Shown: positions 30,784 through 40,118 of the stretch, piece by piece
Numbering within the stretch: the first letter of the stretch is position 1
Layout: every line of letters begins with the position of its first letter
Origin: an uncultured Alphaproteobacteria bacterium
GTDB lineage: Bacteria > Pseudomonadota > Alphaproteobacteria > HIMB59 > GCA-002718135
DNA: 64,000 nucleotides
NCBI GenBank assembly: GCA_902593125.1
Contig: CACJGU010000006.1
Location: 3,662 to 67,661 of the forward strand
Direction of reading: 5' to 3'
Translations under genes and position numbers: made by a program
Notes under the pieces: model-generated
What the model saw: the letters and a program-made list of their open reading frames with translations, nothing else
The model's database searches: none
What the model was told of the DNA's origin: nothing

Positions 30784-32019
30784 TTACAGGAAACCCTGTT
30801 CTTTGGCTTTAGCTATGTAAGCAGCTTCAATGTCTTCAAGTGCTTTTTCAGCTGATTCATTACCTTGTAAGAATTCAACCATTTCATCACTCATTGCTCC
30901 ATGGAGTAAACCCATTTGAGGAATACTTGGATATGGAGTTGCTCCCATTTTAGCAGCAGCTAAAACACCGACTGCAGCATCACCAGGAGTATATCCGTTG
31001 ATTAACCATACAGCAGCGTTTGGATTGTTATTAGCCATTTCTGTTGAAGATGCAGCACCAACTAAAGCTCTAAAAGAAGCTTCGGCGTTTTCATCAGATG
31101 TATTTTTTGCAATTGCTAAACCATCCCACCAAAGAGTTGTAGCAGCAGCACTTCCTCCGCCAACTGTAGGCGGTGCAGCTAATCTTGTATCTGCTTTGAT
31201 AGCTTGATCACCTTCATCATCTAAAAGTGACGCAGCACCTGATCCCCAGATATGCATGATTGCAACATTACCAGACTCCCACTCCTCTTTAACTGCATTT
31301 GTATCTTGCGTTAAGAAGTCAGGGTTACTTAGTTCAGTTAATTTTTTTATTACATTAAGTGCAGCTACACCTTTAGCATTGTTAATGCTTGGTTCTGCAG
31401 TCCCTGGTTTAAAAAATTCACCACCATGACCTAAGTACATGTTTACAAATTCTTGAGAAAGATTCCATCCTGCTTTAAATGCACCAGCATATGGATTATC
31501 CATTTTTCCCGAAGCTTTAATTTTTTCAGCGGCGGCAATTACTTCTTCATAAGTTGTTGGTACAGCTATTCCTAGTTCATTAAAGATGCTTTCTCTATAC
31601 CAAAGATGTTGAGCGTTAGCCATGAAAGCAACAGCATAAACTTTACCATCAAAAGTTATTAATTGACTTTTATTTAAGTTAGCACCGTATTTTTCAACTA
31701 AATCATCCAATGGACGAAGAAGGCCTTTGCTCATCAAAGGTGTGATTGAACCGTTAGTTACAATCTTAGCTGTAAATTCAGCTGGATTTGCTTCTAAAGC
31801 AGGTCCTTGTAATTTTTGGTGATCAACTGAATGAGTAACACTAAAATCAGCATCAGATCCAGCACATTTTTCTGCTTCTTCCATTACGATTCTGAGAGTT
31901 GTAAACTCGTTAGCTAATACATTAATTGTCCCATTTGTTACTCCACAAGGTGAGTGCCCGCCAGCATATGCACCTGTACTAACAAATGTAAACAACAGAG
32001 CTATTAATAGTTTTTTCAT
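30784..32019 (-). CDS. Carbohydrate-type ABC substrate-binding protein (family 1)
   Basis: Signal peptide; LRPLDDLV, LWYRESIF..LGIAVPTTYEEVI. Confidence 0.88.
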   Translation of the reverse strand: MKKLLIALLFTFVSTGAYAGGHSPCGVTNGTINVLANEFTTLRIVMEEAEKCAGSDADFSVTHSVDHQKLQGPALEANPAEFTAKIVTNGSITPLMSKGLLRPLDDLVEKYGANLNKSQLITFDGKVYAVAFMANAQHLWYRESIFNELGIAVPTTYEEVIAAAEKIKASGKMDNPYAGAFKAGWNLSQEFVNMYLGHGGEFFKPGTAEPSINNAKGVAALNVIKKLTELSNPDFLTQDTNAVKEEWESGNVAIMHIWGSGAASLLDDEGDQAIKADTRLAAPPTVGGGSAAATTLWWDGLAIAKNTSDENAEASFRALVGAASSTEMANNNPNAAVWLINGYTPGDAAVGVLAAAKMGATPYPSIPQMGLLHGAMSDEMVEFLQGNESAEKALEDIEAAYIAKAKEQGFL

Positions 32020-32110
32020 ATATTTCCCCTTATTAATAAAGTGTGAAATTCACATTTAAGTATAATTCCTTTATATTAGTATTAGAAAATAATGCAATAA
32101 TATGAATTGA

Positions 32111-32128
32111 TATTCAATGTTTTGAATA
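32111..32128. promoter_or_regulatory. Operator-like palindrome TATTCA-N6-TGAATA (copy 1)
   Basis: TATTCA ATGTTT TGAATA between divergent SBP and LacI genes. Confidence 0.7.
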
Positions 32129-32149
32129 TTGAAATTGAGGGGATAATTC

Positions 32150-33148
32150 ATGAGTTTTAAAAAGACTGCGACATCACAGGACGTAGCAAAACTGGCAGGC
32201 GTATCCCAATCCGCAGTTTCAAGATGCTTTACTAAAGGCGCCAGCATTTCTAGTAGAACAAAGTTAAGAGTTTTAGAAGCTGCCAAGAAATTAAAATATA
32301 AAGCGCCTAATATATCTTCTAATTCTACACCTAATGATGATAGCGGATTAGTAGCTATCATTTTACCTTATGTTACTAGCAGATATTATCCTGAAGTTTT
32401 AATAGAGTTACATGAAGCACTTAGAAATGGAGGTTTTAGGATTTTATTAATTACGACTGATGACGGGGAAGAATTAGATGAAAAATTAATACAGCCATAC
32501 TTAAAAGAAAAACTCATTGCAATAATATCAGCAACAAAACCTACTGATAAATTTGTTGAAGATTGCAATCAAAAAAGAATTCAATTTATTGCTTATAATA
32601 GGAGTTGGAATATACCAACGATAAGTTCTGTTGCATGTGATCATCGTAATGGAGGAGAATTAGTTGCAGAATATTTTACCAAAAAAAATCATAAAAATAT
32701 TGGACTAATTGAAGGACCAAAAGGATCTTATGTTAGTGATGAACGATGCAAAGGTTTTAAAAATTATCTTAAAAATAATAAAAAAATTAAATTAAAGATT
32801 GAAAAAGGTTTTTTTACTTATGAAGGTGGATATCAAGCAACTGAAAAAATTTTTAATAAAAACATAAGTGCAATATTTTGCGCTGATGACACAATGGCAT
32901 TTGGATGTTTAGATTATATTAAAAAAAATACTTCATTAAAAACACCTTTTCACTTAGAAATTATTGGTTATGACGATATATCTATGTCAGCTTGGGAATC
33001 ATATAACCTGACAACTGTTAGACAGCCTATTAGACAAATGTCAAAACTAGCAACTCAATTAATAAATGAATTTATTAAGGATCCAGATTTTGAACCTATA
33101 AATCATATTGTACAGGGAAGACTTATAAAAAGAAAAACTACAAAATAA
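32150..33148 (+). CDS. LacI family transcriptional regulator
   Basis: TSQDVAKLAGVSQSAVSR HTH; YKAPN hinge; IIGYDDI, LTTVRQP. Confidence 0.93.
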   Translation: MSFKKTATSQDVAKLAGVSQSAVSRCFTKGASISSRTKLRVLEAAKKLKYKAPNISSNSTPNDDSGLVAIILPYVTSRYYPEVLIELHEALRNGGFRILLITTDDGEELDEKLIQPYLKEKLIAIISATKPTDKFVEDCNQKRIQFIAYNRSWNIPTISSVACDHRNGGELVAEYFTKKNHKNIGLIEGPKGSYVSDERCKGFKNYLKNNKKIKLKIEKGFFTYEGGYQATEKIFNKNISAIFCADDTMAFGCLDYIKKNTSLKTPFHLEIIGYDDISMSAWESYNLTTVRQPIRQMSKLATQLINEFIKDPDFEPINHIVQGRLIKRKTTK

Positions 33149-33149
33149 T

Positions 33150-33569
33150 TTATTTAAATTTTAATCCCATCTGTTCGAAAACACCATGATTATCTACCAT
33201 AACGTAGTTATCTAAAAACTTTCCGTCTTTAATGGTCCAAAAATCTGAAAATTGCATTTTGATTGATTTGCCTGTTGGCTCTACTCCAAGATATGTTCCG
33301 CTATGTGTGCCTGTTAAAAATCCCGTTGCACTAATCCACTCACCTTCTGCAACCACAATATCGTTTTTTACATGATAATCTGGAAATGCTTCATAAAAAG
33401 GTTTTAGCACTTTATATTTAAAATTTTCTATACCATGGATATCACCAAAACCTGGAGGACCATGCCAGACCATATCATCATGCCAGTACTTGTGTTGTGC
33501 TTCTAAATCTTGAGCATTAAGTGCATCATACATATCAGCTAATAATTTTTTACTTTCATCTAAAGTCAT
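33150..33569 (-). CDS. SnoaL-like ester cyclase (single NTF2 domain)
   Basis: DMVWHGPPG, FYEAFPD, GTHSGTYLGVEPTGK, DFW..KDGKF.DNYV. Confidence 0.85.
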   Translation of the reverse strand: MTLDESKKLLADMYDALNAQDLEAQHKYWHDDMVWHGPPGFGDIHGIENFKYKVLKPFYEAFPDYHVKNDIVVAEGEWISATGFLTGTHSGTYLGVEPTGKSIKMQFSDFWTIKDGKFLDNYVMVDNHGVFEQMGLKFK

Positions 33570-34705
33570 TTTTTATCTCCTAAAATTTGCATTAGAATTG
33601 CAAGCTCATTAAAGCCAGTCCACTCTTTAATAATTTTATTATTTTTAATTTCCCATTGAGTAATTCCCCACAAATACACTTCTCTATTTGTTGGTTGGCC
33701 AAATGAGCCATTACCTTTATGAGTTCCTACTGCACCCCAACGAACTGATACTAAGTAACCATCTTTTGTATTTCCCATCCAATATAAATCTTCAATACTT
33801 AGTGCAAGATCAGGAAATGATGCCAAAAGTGATATTATAAATTTTCTTAATTGCAAAACTCCTTTAAATTTACGACCAGTTGAACCTTCAAATTCTAAAT
33901 TACTAGAGTATGCTTTATTTATTGCAGAAAAGTTTCGTCTATTCCAAATTGTATCATAAACTGCATGCACAAACTCTCTTACATTTTTGATTTTATCTGG
34001 AATATCAAAACTAATTGGTCTTAATTTAATAATATTTCTTGTTGGTTTAGAGTTTTTAAAATGAGGAGCATAAGGCCCTGCAATTCCTTCATCGACAAGT
34101 TGCTTAGCAACTTGATTTAAATCTAATCCAAGTTGTTTAATTAAGCCTGCAGTGTCGTAAACAACATTTTCGTAATAAATTTTATTATTTTTTGCTACAC
34201 AATTTGCAATACAAAATAATCTTACTTTTTTACCAGTTGGTTTAGAAAATTTACTAAATCCCGTATTTGTTCCAGTAATAATTGTTCTATGTGAAGTATG
34301 AAAACTTGCATTTTCATCCCCTGCCCAAATAACTTCATCTGCAAATAATCGAATATCTGGAAAGGCGTTGTTTGTGTGTACAGTATCAGCTACTATTTTT
34401 TCAGATCCAGATTGTAAACCAAATTCATCCCAAACTCTGCAGTCTTTACTGTAGGTGTCATAGATATAACCAATATTTTTTTCTTCCCATATTTGATACG
34501 TAATCCTTACAATATAATCAATTATATTTTTATACTGATCCTCAAACCCCTTCATTGATTGATGTTTAAGTTTTTTTGGTTTTGGATTTAATGATTTAGC
34601 TGTTCCACCACCCCCATATGCTTTTAATGAAATATCATAACTCTTAGGCATATGATGATCTTGAAGGGCTTCTGGTCTTTTATCTGTAATTTTATTAAAC
34701 TTCAT
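33566..34705 (-). CDS. SnoaL-like ester cyclase (two NTF2 domains), type A
   Basis: AFPD/SFPD twice, GTNTG..PTGK, GTHKG..PTNREV; DYIVRITYQIWEE. Confidence 0.8.
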   Translation of the reverse strand: MKFNKITDKRPEALQDHHMPKSYDISLKAYGGGGTAKSLNPKPKKLKHQSMKGFEDQYKNIIDYIVRITYQIWEEKNIGYIYDTYSKDCRVWDEFGLQSGSEKIVADTVHTNNAFPDIRLFADEVIWAGDENASFHTSHRTIITGTNTGFSKFSKPTGKKVRLFCIANCVAKNNKIYYENVVYDTAGLIKQLGLDLNQVAKQLVDEGIAGPYAPHFKNSKPTRNIIKLRPISFDIPDKIKNVREFVHAVYDTIWNRRNFSAINKAYSSNLEFEGSTGRKFKGVLQLRKFIISLLASFPDLALSIEDLYWMGNTKDGYLVSVRWGAVGTHKGNGSFGQPTNREVYLWGITQWEIKNNKIIKEWTGFNELAILMQILGDKK

Positions 34706-34758
34706 AATTTGTATTTGTAATGAGATACATTTAAAAATATTTCAAAGCAATAAAATTT

Positions 34759-34776
34759 TATTCAAAAAAATGAATA
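34759..34776. promoter_or_regulatory. Operator-like palindrome TATTCA-N6-TGAATA (copy 2)
   Basis: TATTCA AAAAAA TGAATA between divergent ester cyclase genes. Confidence 0.7.
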
Positions 34777-34812
34777 TTGTCTTTTTTAGTTTATTAATAT
34801 AATCAAAATGAA

Positions 34813-35817
34813 ATGACTGATCTTCAATTAGAAAAAAAATTAGTATTAGATTATTTCAATGAAATAGATAGTTGCAACATTGATTCATTATCTGAAGTTA
34901 TATCTAAGTACACATCAGAAGATTTTAATATGAAGTGCACACATCCATTCAACGAACTAAGTAGTATCGATCTTGTTGCTAATAATCTTTGGAAACCAAT
35001 TAAAGATTCATTTTCACCTATACAACGTCGATTAGATATATTTTATGCTGGAATAAATTCACTAGATAAAAATAAAGGGAAATGGATCTCAAGTATGGGT
35101 CATTTCATGGGTGTTTTCAATAAATCGTTTGTAGGCCTTAAACCAAATTATAAATCTATTTTGTTAAGATTTGCTGAATTTTATAAAGTGGAGAATAATA
35201 AAATTACTGAAGGAGCGATTTTTTTAGATGTAATGAATTTAATGCAGCAACTAGGTCTTTCTATAATTCCTGAATCTACTGGTCTGGTTTGTGTAACACC
35301 AGGACCAATGAATCATAAAGGTTTAAAATTTGATATTTCTAATGAAAGTGAAAGTCAAAAAACATTAGATTTAATTCATAGAATGCGCGATCGACTTGTT
35401 AAGGAATCCAAAATGCAATCATATAAAGAGGAATTAGAATTAGATTGGCATAATGATATGATTTGGTGGGGACCAGGCGGTATAGGAGCTTCATATACTA
35501 TTGATGGTTATAAAAAAGGTCACACAAAACCATTTCAGGATGGTTTAGAGTTTGTGCGTTTCAATGGACACATACTTAGTAGTTCAGAAGATGATCTAGG
35601 TGGTTGGTTTGGTTGGCCAAATTTAATTATGAAACCTAAAGGAGAATATTTAGGTTTAACAAATGCTAGTGATATTGAATCAGAAATGAGAGTTGTTGAT
35701 TTATATCGAAGAGATGGAGATAAATTGGCTGAAAATTGGATCTTTATTGATCATTTACATTTTTTAAAAAAACTGGGAGTGGATCTTTTAGAAAGAGCAA
35801 AATTTTTAAATCAGTAA
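34813..35817 (+). CDS. SnoaL-like ester cyclase (two NTF2 domains), type B
   Basis: HPFNEL, DMIWWGPGGIG, RVVDLYRRDGDKLAENWIFID. Confidence 0.78.
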   Translation: MTDLQLEKKLVLDYFNEIDSCNIDSLSEVISKYTSEDFNMKCTHPFNELSSIDLVANNLWKPIKDSFSPIQRRLDIFYAGINSLDKNKGKWISSMGHFMGVFNKSFVGLKPNYKSILLRFAEFYKVENNKITEGAIFLDVMNLMQQLGLSIIPESTGLVCVTPGPMNHKGLKFDISNESESQKTLDLIHRMRDRLVKESKMQSYKEELELDWHNDMIWWGPGGIGASYTIDGYKKGHTKPFQDGLEFVRFNGHILSSSEDDLGGWFGWPNLIMKPKGEYLGLTNASDIESEMRVVDLYRRDGDKLAENWIFIDHLHFLKKLGVDLLERAKFLNQ

Positions 35818-36945
35818 TTAGATTACTTTCGAGGCAAGTTTAGTACCTTCAACTAATGCATGAAGCTTTTCATAACAAATTTTTTCATCAATTTTTCCAA
35901 AGCCAGCAAATGTACTAAAACCACAATCTGTCCCTGCCATTAATTGATCTTTCGGAATTACTGTAGAAAACTGAATTAATCTATCTGCAACAACTTCTGG
36001 ATGTTCAACAAAATTAGAGGTTGAGTCGATTACGCCAGGTACTAGGACTTTATCTTTTGGTAACTTTATATCTTGAAAAACTTTCCATTCATGAGCGTGT
36101 CTAGGATTAGAAGATTCAATTAGAAAGTATTTTATCTTTGATTTCAAAATTATAGGTAATATTTTCTCTAAAGCAATATCGTGTGTATGTGGCCCTTCAT
36201 AATTTCCCCAACATATATGCATTCTAGTTTGTTCAATATTAACATTGGATAATGCTGAGTTGAGGCATTCAATTTGTAGTTCTGCACGTTTAATAAATTC
36301 ATCCTCAGATAAATTTTTAAAATTCATGTGTCTTGCTAAAGCAAGGTCGGGGCAATCTAGCTGAACTTGGATATCTGATTTTGTTATAACTTCATATTCT
36401 TTAGCCATAATATTAGATAATTTATCCAAATATTCATCTTCACTACTATAAAACTTATTTGGCATAAAAACATTTATGACTCCAGGTGAAGCTGAATTCA
36501 TAAATGCATGTCGATGATTTAGTTTATCAAGTGAATTTTTAAAATTATTAATATCTTTTATAAGAGACGTTTCATCTTTTACTTTTAATTCGTTTGTACA
36601 ACATGGTCTGGTATAAGTTGGTGTGCCACCACTTTTAGCAATCTTTTCTTTATATTCAGGAAAATCATCAAGGTCAGCGGGTGCTCTTCTTTCACTTTCA
36701 CCTGAGAACCCCTCTATTCTGTCTTTAATATAAGTAGCATAACTAATTTTACTCATCTCCCCATCACTGACAAAGTCAATTCCAACATTAAGTTGTTTCT
36801 TCACAACACTTTCGACATTATTTTTTAACACTTCATCAAAACTACTTTTACTGAATTTTTCACCTTTATCTTTAGCAAATAAAAATTCTGAAAGTTCTTT
36901 TGACCTCGGAAGACTTCCAACATGTGTTGTCAAAATATTAGACAT
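35818..36945 (-). CDS. Cobalamin-independent methionine synthase II family protein (epoxyalkane:CoM transferase-like)
   Basis: TTHVGSLPR, SDGEMSK, QLDCPDL, HICWGNYEGPH, GTDCGF. Confidence 0.85.
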   Translation of the reverse strand: MSNILTTHVGSLPRSKELSEFLFAKDKGEKFSKSSFDEVLKNNVESVVKKQLNVGIDFVSDGEMSKISYATYIKDRIEGFSGESERRAPADLDDFPEYKEKIAKSGGTPTYTRPCCTNELKVKDETSLIKDINNFKNSLDKLNHRHAFMNSASPGVINVFMPNKFYSSEDEYLDKLSNIMAKEYEVITKSDIQVQLDCPDLALARHMNFKNLSEDEFIKRAELQIECLNSALSNVNIEQTRMHICWGNYEGPHTHDIALEKILPIILKSKIKYFLIESSNPRHAHEWKVFQDIKLPKDKVLVPGVIDSTSNFVEHPEVVADRLIQFSTVIPKDQLMAGTDCGFSTFAGFGKIDEKICYEKLHALVEGTKLASKVI

Positions 36946-36949
36946 TAAA

Positions 36950-37942
36950 TTAACCCGTTTTTAATAATATCTGTTTCCAGATCATAGTTTCATCATAGAG
37001 AACCCATTCATTTTTGATACCTCTTTCTCCATATTCAACATGATTGATACCCATTATATAAATTTTTGCATTAGTAGCTCTTCCAAATAAACCATCTCCT
37101 TCATGTTTTCCTACTATAGACCATCGTACTGAAGCTTTTTTAGGTTCATGTTTTTCTTCAGTAAAAGCAATGTGCTCTACTGAAAATAATCCATTGGGGA
37201 AAGCATCTCTTAATTCTTTCCAAAATTTTATTGCCTCATCTCTTCCATGGCTAGTTTTCCCTCCTGGTTGAAATTGTTGTATAGCTCTATCATAACTATC
37301 ATTTATTGTTTTCTCTAAGTTAATGTTCATGATGGAGGTTAATATATTTGCATATAGCTCTCCAATATTACCAGAAGCTAATATCGGAGATTTATAAATC
37401 GATTCTACAGGTGTATTTTCATCAAAAGGTTTGCTAGTTTTTTCAGGACCACCTTCATCTTTAATGAGATTGCTAGCAAATTTTTTCGGATCTATTCCAA
37501 TTTGTCTCACGATTGCTCCTTGATCTCTTACAAGCCACTCATCATAAACCTGATTATTCATACATGCACAGTCAGCAATGGTTCGGTAATAAAGTTTTTT
37601 TCCTGTCGCTTTCCCGTACATACCATCAACAGAATGAGTTGAAGTTGATAAAATACGGTGTGATGAAAAATATCCCTCATCATCATTGCCTGTCCAAATT
37701 ATATCTTCACCTAAAAGTGTTCTATCGGGGAATAGTTTTTTACTAGCATATGTACTTTGTATTACTGGATCTGCACCATAAATTACTCCAGATGGAGATC
37801 TTGTAGGTGTTGGAAGACTTACATTTGGGGTATCAGCATAATACTGTCTTATTGCTTCAACATCATTGTTTTCCCAAATCTGATATGTAATTTTTAAAAT
37901 ATAGTCAGGTAAGTCTTTAAACTGTTTATCAAAACCTTTCAT
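36950..37942 (-). CDS. SnoaL-like ester cyclase (two NTF2 domains), type A
   Basis: DYILKITYQIWE, FPDR...IIW.G....SSHR, DEWLVRD, AFPN, NEWVLYD. Confidence 0.8.
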   Translation of the reverse strand: MKGFDKQFKDLPDYILKITYQIWENNDVEAIRQYYADTPNVSLPTPTRSPSGVIYGADPVIQSTYASKKLFPDRTLLGEDIIWTGNDDEGYFSSHRILSTSTHSVDGMYGKATGKKLYYRTIADCACMNNQVYDEWLVRDQGAIVRQIGIDPKKFASNLIKDEGGPEKTSKPFDENTPVESIYKSPILASGNIGELYANILTSIMNINLEKTINDSYDRAIQQFQPGGKTSHGRDEAIKFWKELRDAFPNGLFSVEHIAFTEEKHEPKKASVRWSIVGKHEGDGLFGRATNAKIYIMGINHVEYGERGIKNEWVLYDETMIWKQILLKTG

Positions 37943-37955
37943 AGTAAAATAATAT

Positions 37956-38927
37956 TTAATTAGTTTGACGTATTATAAATAAATTCCCCTCATCATTACT
38001 TATCTGTCTAACGGAGCGTAATGAGTTTTTTGGAACAGAAAATGTATCTTTCTCGTTGATTACAAGTGTGTTTCCATCACACTCAATTTCCCATTTACCA
38101 GATAAGCAATGATAAACTTCTGATTTCTCTAGTGCATATTCATGTATATGTGCATTTTTTCCATTGAGTAGTGAAAGGCTAAAACCTGTTGTATGAGGTA
38201 TCTTCGGTTCAAATGATTTGTTGTGAATATTAAAATGATCAAGATAGTTGATAATTTTATTTGATTTGTAGTGTTCATCATCAACAAAATATTTATCTTT
38301 TTTATCAAATCGAATAACAAACTTTTCAATATCTTCTGAAGAATAATGGTCGAAACTTTCTAATTCATGATCTTTTAATGGTTGAATAACTTTAGTTTCA
38401 TCTGTTATTTTTTGTTTCTCTGTATCAATTAAAGAATTATCATCCATTAAAACCATACCAGATTCTTTTGCATCTTTTAAAAGTTTTGGTGTCCAAGTGA
38501 TTACACCAGGATCATTTTCACCTAATACTACAAACATTAAAGCTTCTTCATCACTTACATTTTGAAAACCTCTGAACATATTTGTAGGAAAAGAAGCTAT
38601 ATCACCTTTCTTTAAAATCACTTCACCTTCATTACCGTCAACCCCCCAATAGAAACGCCATGCACCAGAATGAATAATAAAAACTTCAGCTGTTGTATGA
38701 CTATGTAATCCAGATCCATTCATAGGTGCGGCACTTACAGCACCGATATTAAAACCATGTTCTTCAGCTATTTTGACATTTTGTTTTGCATCTTCACTTA
38801 CTCCAGGCCCTATAACTGAATAATTTTTTCTGTCTTGATGGCCTTTTAATTTACCCTCAACAAAAGGTATGTTACTTGGTATAAGTTCATCAAATTTTGC
38901 TAATCTTGATGTAATATTCATTGACAT
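37956..38927 (-). CDS. Bicupin protein
   Basis: GSGLHSHTTAEVFIIHSG.W, GDIASFP..MFRGF; second cupin SEVY..LSG.W...DTFSVP. Confidence 0.8.
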   Translation of the reverse strand: MSMNITSRLAKFDELIPSNIPFVEGKLKGHQDRKNYSVIGPGVSEDAKQNVKIAEEHGFNIGAVSAAPMNGSGLHSHTTAEVFIIHSGAWRFYWGVDGNEGEVILKKGDIASFPTNMFRGFQNVSDEEALMFVVLGENDPGVITWTPKLLKDAKESGMVLMDDNSLIDTEKQKITDETKVIQPLKDHELESFDHYSSEDIEKFVIRFDKKDKYFVDDEHYKSNKIINYLDHFNIHNKSFEPKIPHTTGFSLSLLNGKNAHIHEYALEKSEVYHCLSGKWEIECDGNTLVINEKDTFSVPKNSLRSVRQISNDEGNLFIIRQTN

Positions 38928-38962
38928 ATTATTGTGATATTTTATTCATTTTTTTTGAATAT

Positions 38963-38980
38963 TATTCAAATTAATGAATA
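38963..38980. promoter_or_regulatory. Operator-like palindrome TATTCA-N6-TGAATA (copy 3), with an adjacent N7 variant at 38943-38961
   Basis: TATTCA AATTAA TGAATA between divergent cupin and ester cyclase/dehydrogenase operons. Confidence 0.7.
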
Positions 38981-39018
38981 AATCAATTATTATTTATTTT
39001 TACTGTTAATAAATCGAT

Positions 39019-40116
39019 ATGACAAATGAAATTAAAACTTTTGATACTGGTGAAAAAGATAGGTCAAATTTTATACACGTAGATTTAAATCCAAAAAAAA
39101 ATATTGAGAATAAAAAAAATTTTAAAAATTTATTTAATAAAATTGCTGAGTGTCCAATAGATGATTTAGATGAATATTTAAAATTAACTTATCATGAAGA
39201 AGTAGAATTAAATGCCTTTCATCCAATAAATGAAATTAAGGGAATTGATGATGTAAAAAATAAATTATGGAGACCAATTAAAAATGCATTGCCTGACTTA
39301 GAAAGAAGAAACAATCTTGTTATAGGTGGAGCATTTAGAGACAAGGTTTTTGTTTCATTTATTAGCCATCTTACTGGTACATTTGTAAATGAGTGGCTAG
39401 GCATTCCACCAACAAACAAAACGATATTTTTGAGAACATGTGAAGCTCATCAAATAACAAATAATAAAATAATTAAATCTTATACACTAATTGATACTGT
39501 TGATTTTATTCGCCAAGCTGGACACTGGCCAATAAATAAATCACTTGGTTCAGAGGGTATGTGGCCAAGTCCCATAACTGGAGATGGTGAAAATAATGAG
39601 AATTTGGATAATGATTTATCGTTAAGATCCCTCAACCAAGATTTGACTATGCAACGAAGCCTCAATATCAAACCCGAAACAGAGCCTGAACTAAATATAA
39701 ATGAAATCAGAGAAAAATTAATCAATCATCCTCAAAAAAATTACTGGCATCCCAAAATGATGTGGTACGGACCATCAGGCATAGGAACAGCAAGAGGGCT
39801 AAAAGGGTTTGTTGATCATCATCAACTTCCTTTTCGATTAACATTTAAAGAGAGAGATTATTGGAAAATTGGACACTATATTGAAATTGGTGATGGAAAT
39901 TATTCTATGACAGGTGGTTGGCACAGTATTGAATGTGTACATGGATCAAATGAATGGCTTGGGTATAAAGCAACAAATAAAAAAGTAACAATGAGAGTTA
40001 TGGACTTTTATTTACATCATGAAGGTTTGATTAGGGAAAATTGGGTACCAATTGATATTGCTCACATTTTAAATCAAATAGGGATTGATATATTCAAATT
40101 AATTCATAAAAAATAG
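39019..40116 (+). CDS. SnoaL-like ester cyclase (two NTF2 domains), type B
   Basis: HPINEI, ALPDLERR, WLGIPPTNK, MMWYGPSGIG, RVMDFY...IRENWVPID. Confidence 0.8.
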   Translation: MTNEIKTFDTGEKDRSNFIHVDLNPKKNIENKKNFKNLFNKIAECPIDDLDEYLKLTYHEEVELNAFHPINEIKGIDDVKNKLWRPIKNALPDLERRNNLVIGGAFRDKVFVSFISHLTGTFVNEWLGIPPTNKTIFLRTCEAHQITNNKIIKSYTLIDTVDFIRQAGHWPINKSLGSEGMWPSPITGDGENNENLDNDLSLRSLNQDLTMQRSLNIKPETEPELNINEIREKLINHPQKNYWHPKMMWYGPSGIGTARGLKGFVDHHQLPFRLTFKERDYWKIGHYIEIGDGNYSMTGGWHSIECVHGSNEWLGYKATNKKVTMRVMDFYLHHEGLIRENWVPIDIAHILNQIGIDIFKLIHKK

Positions 40117-40118
40117 TT

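Noticed and set aside
32042-32054. Palindrome TGTGAA-A-TTCACA just upstream of the SBP gene
   Set aside because: Single copy; spacing does not fit CRP/FNR; cannot be supported without comparative data
33150-40116. Polyketide biosynthetic gene cluster
   Set aside because: No ketosynthase, ACP or exporter; importer plus LacI repressor architecture points to catabolism
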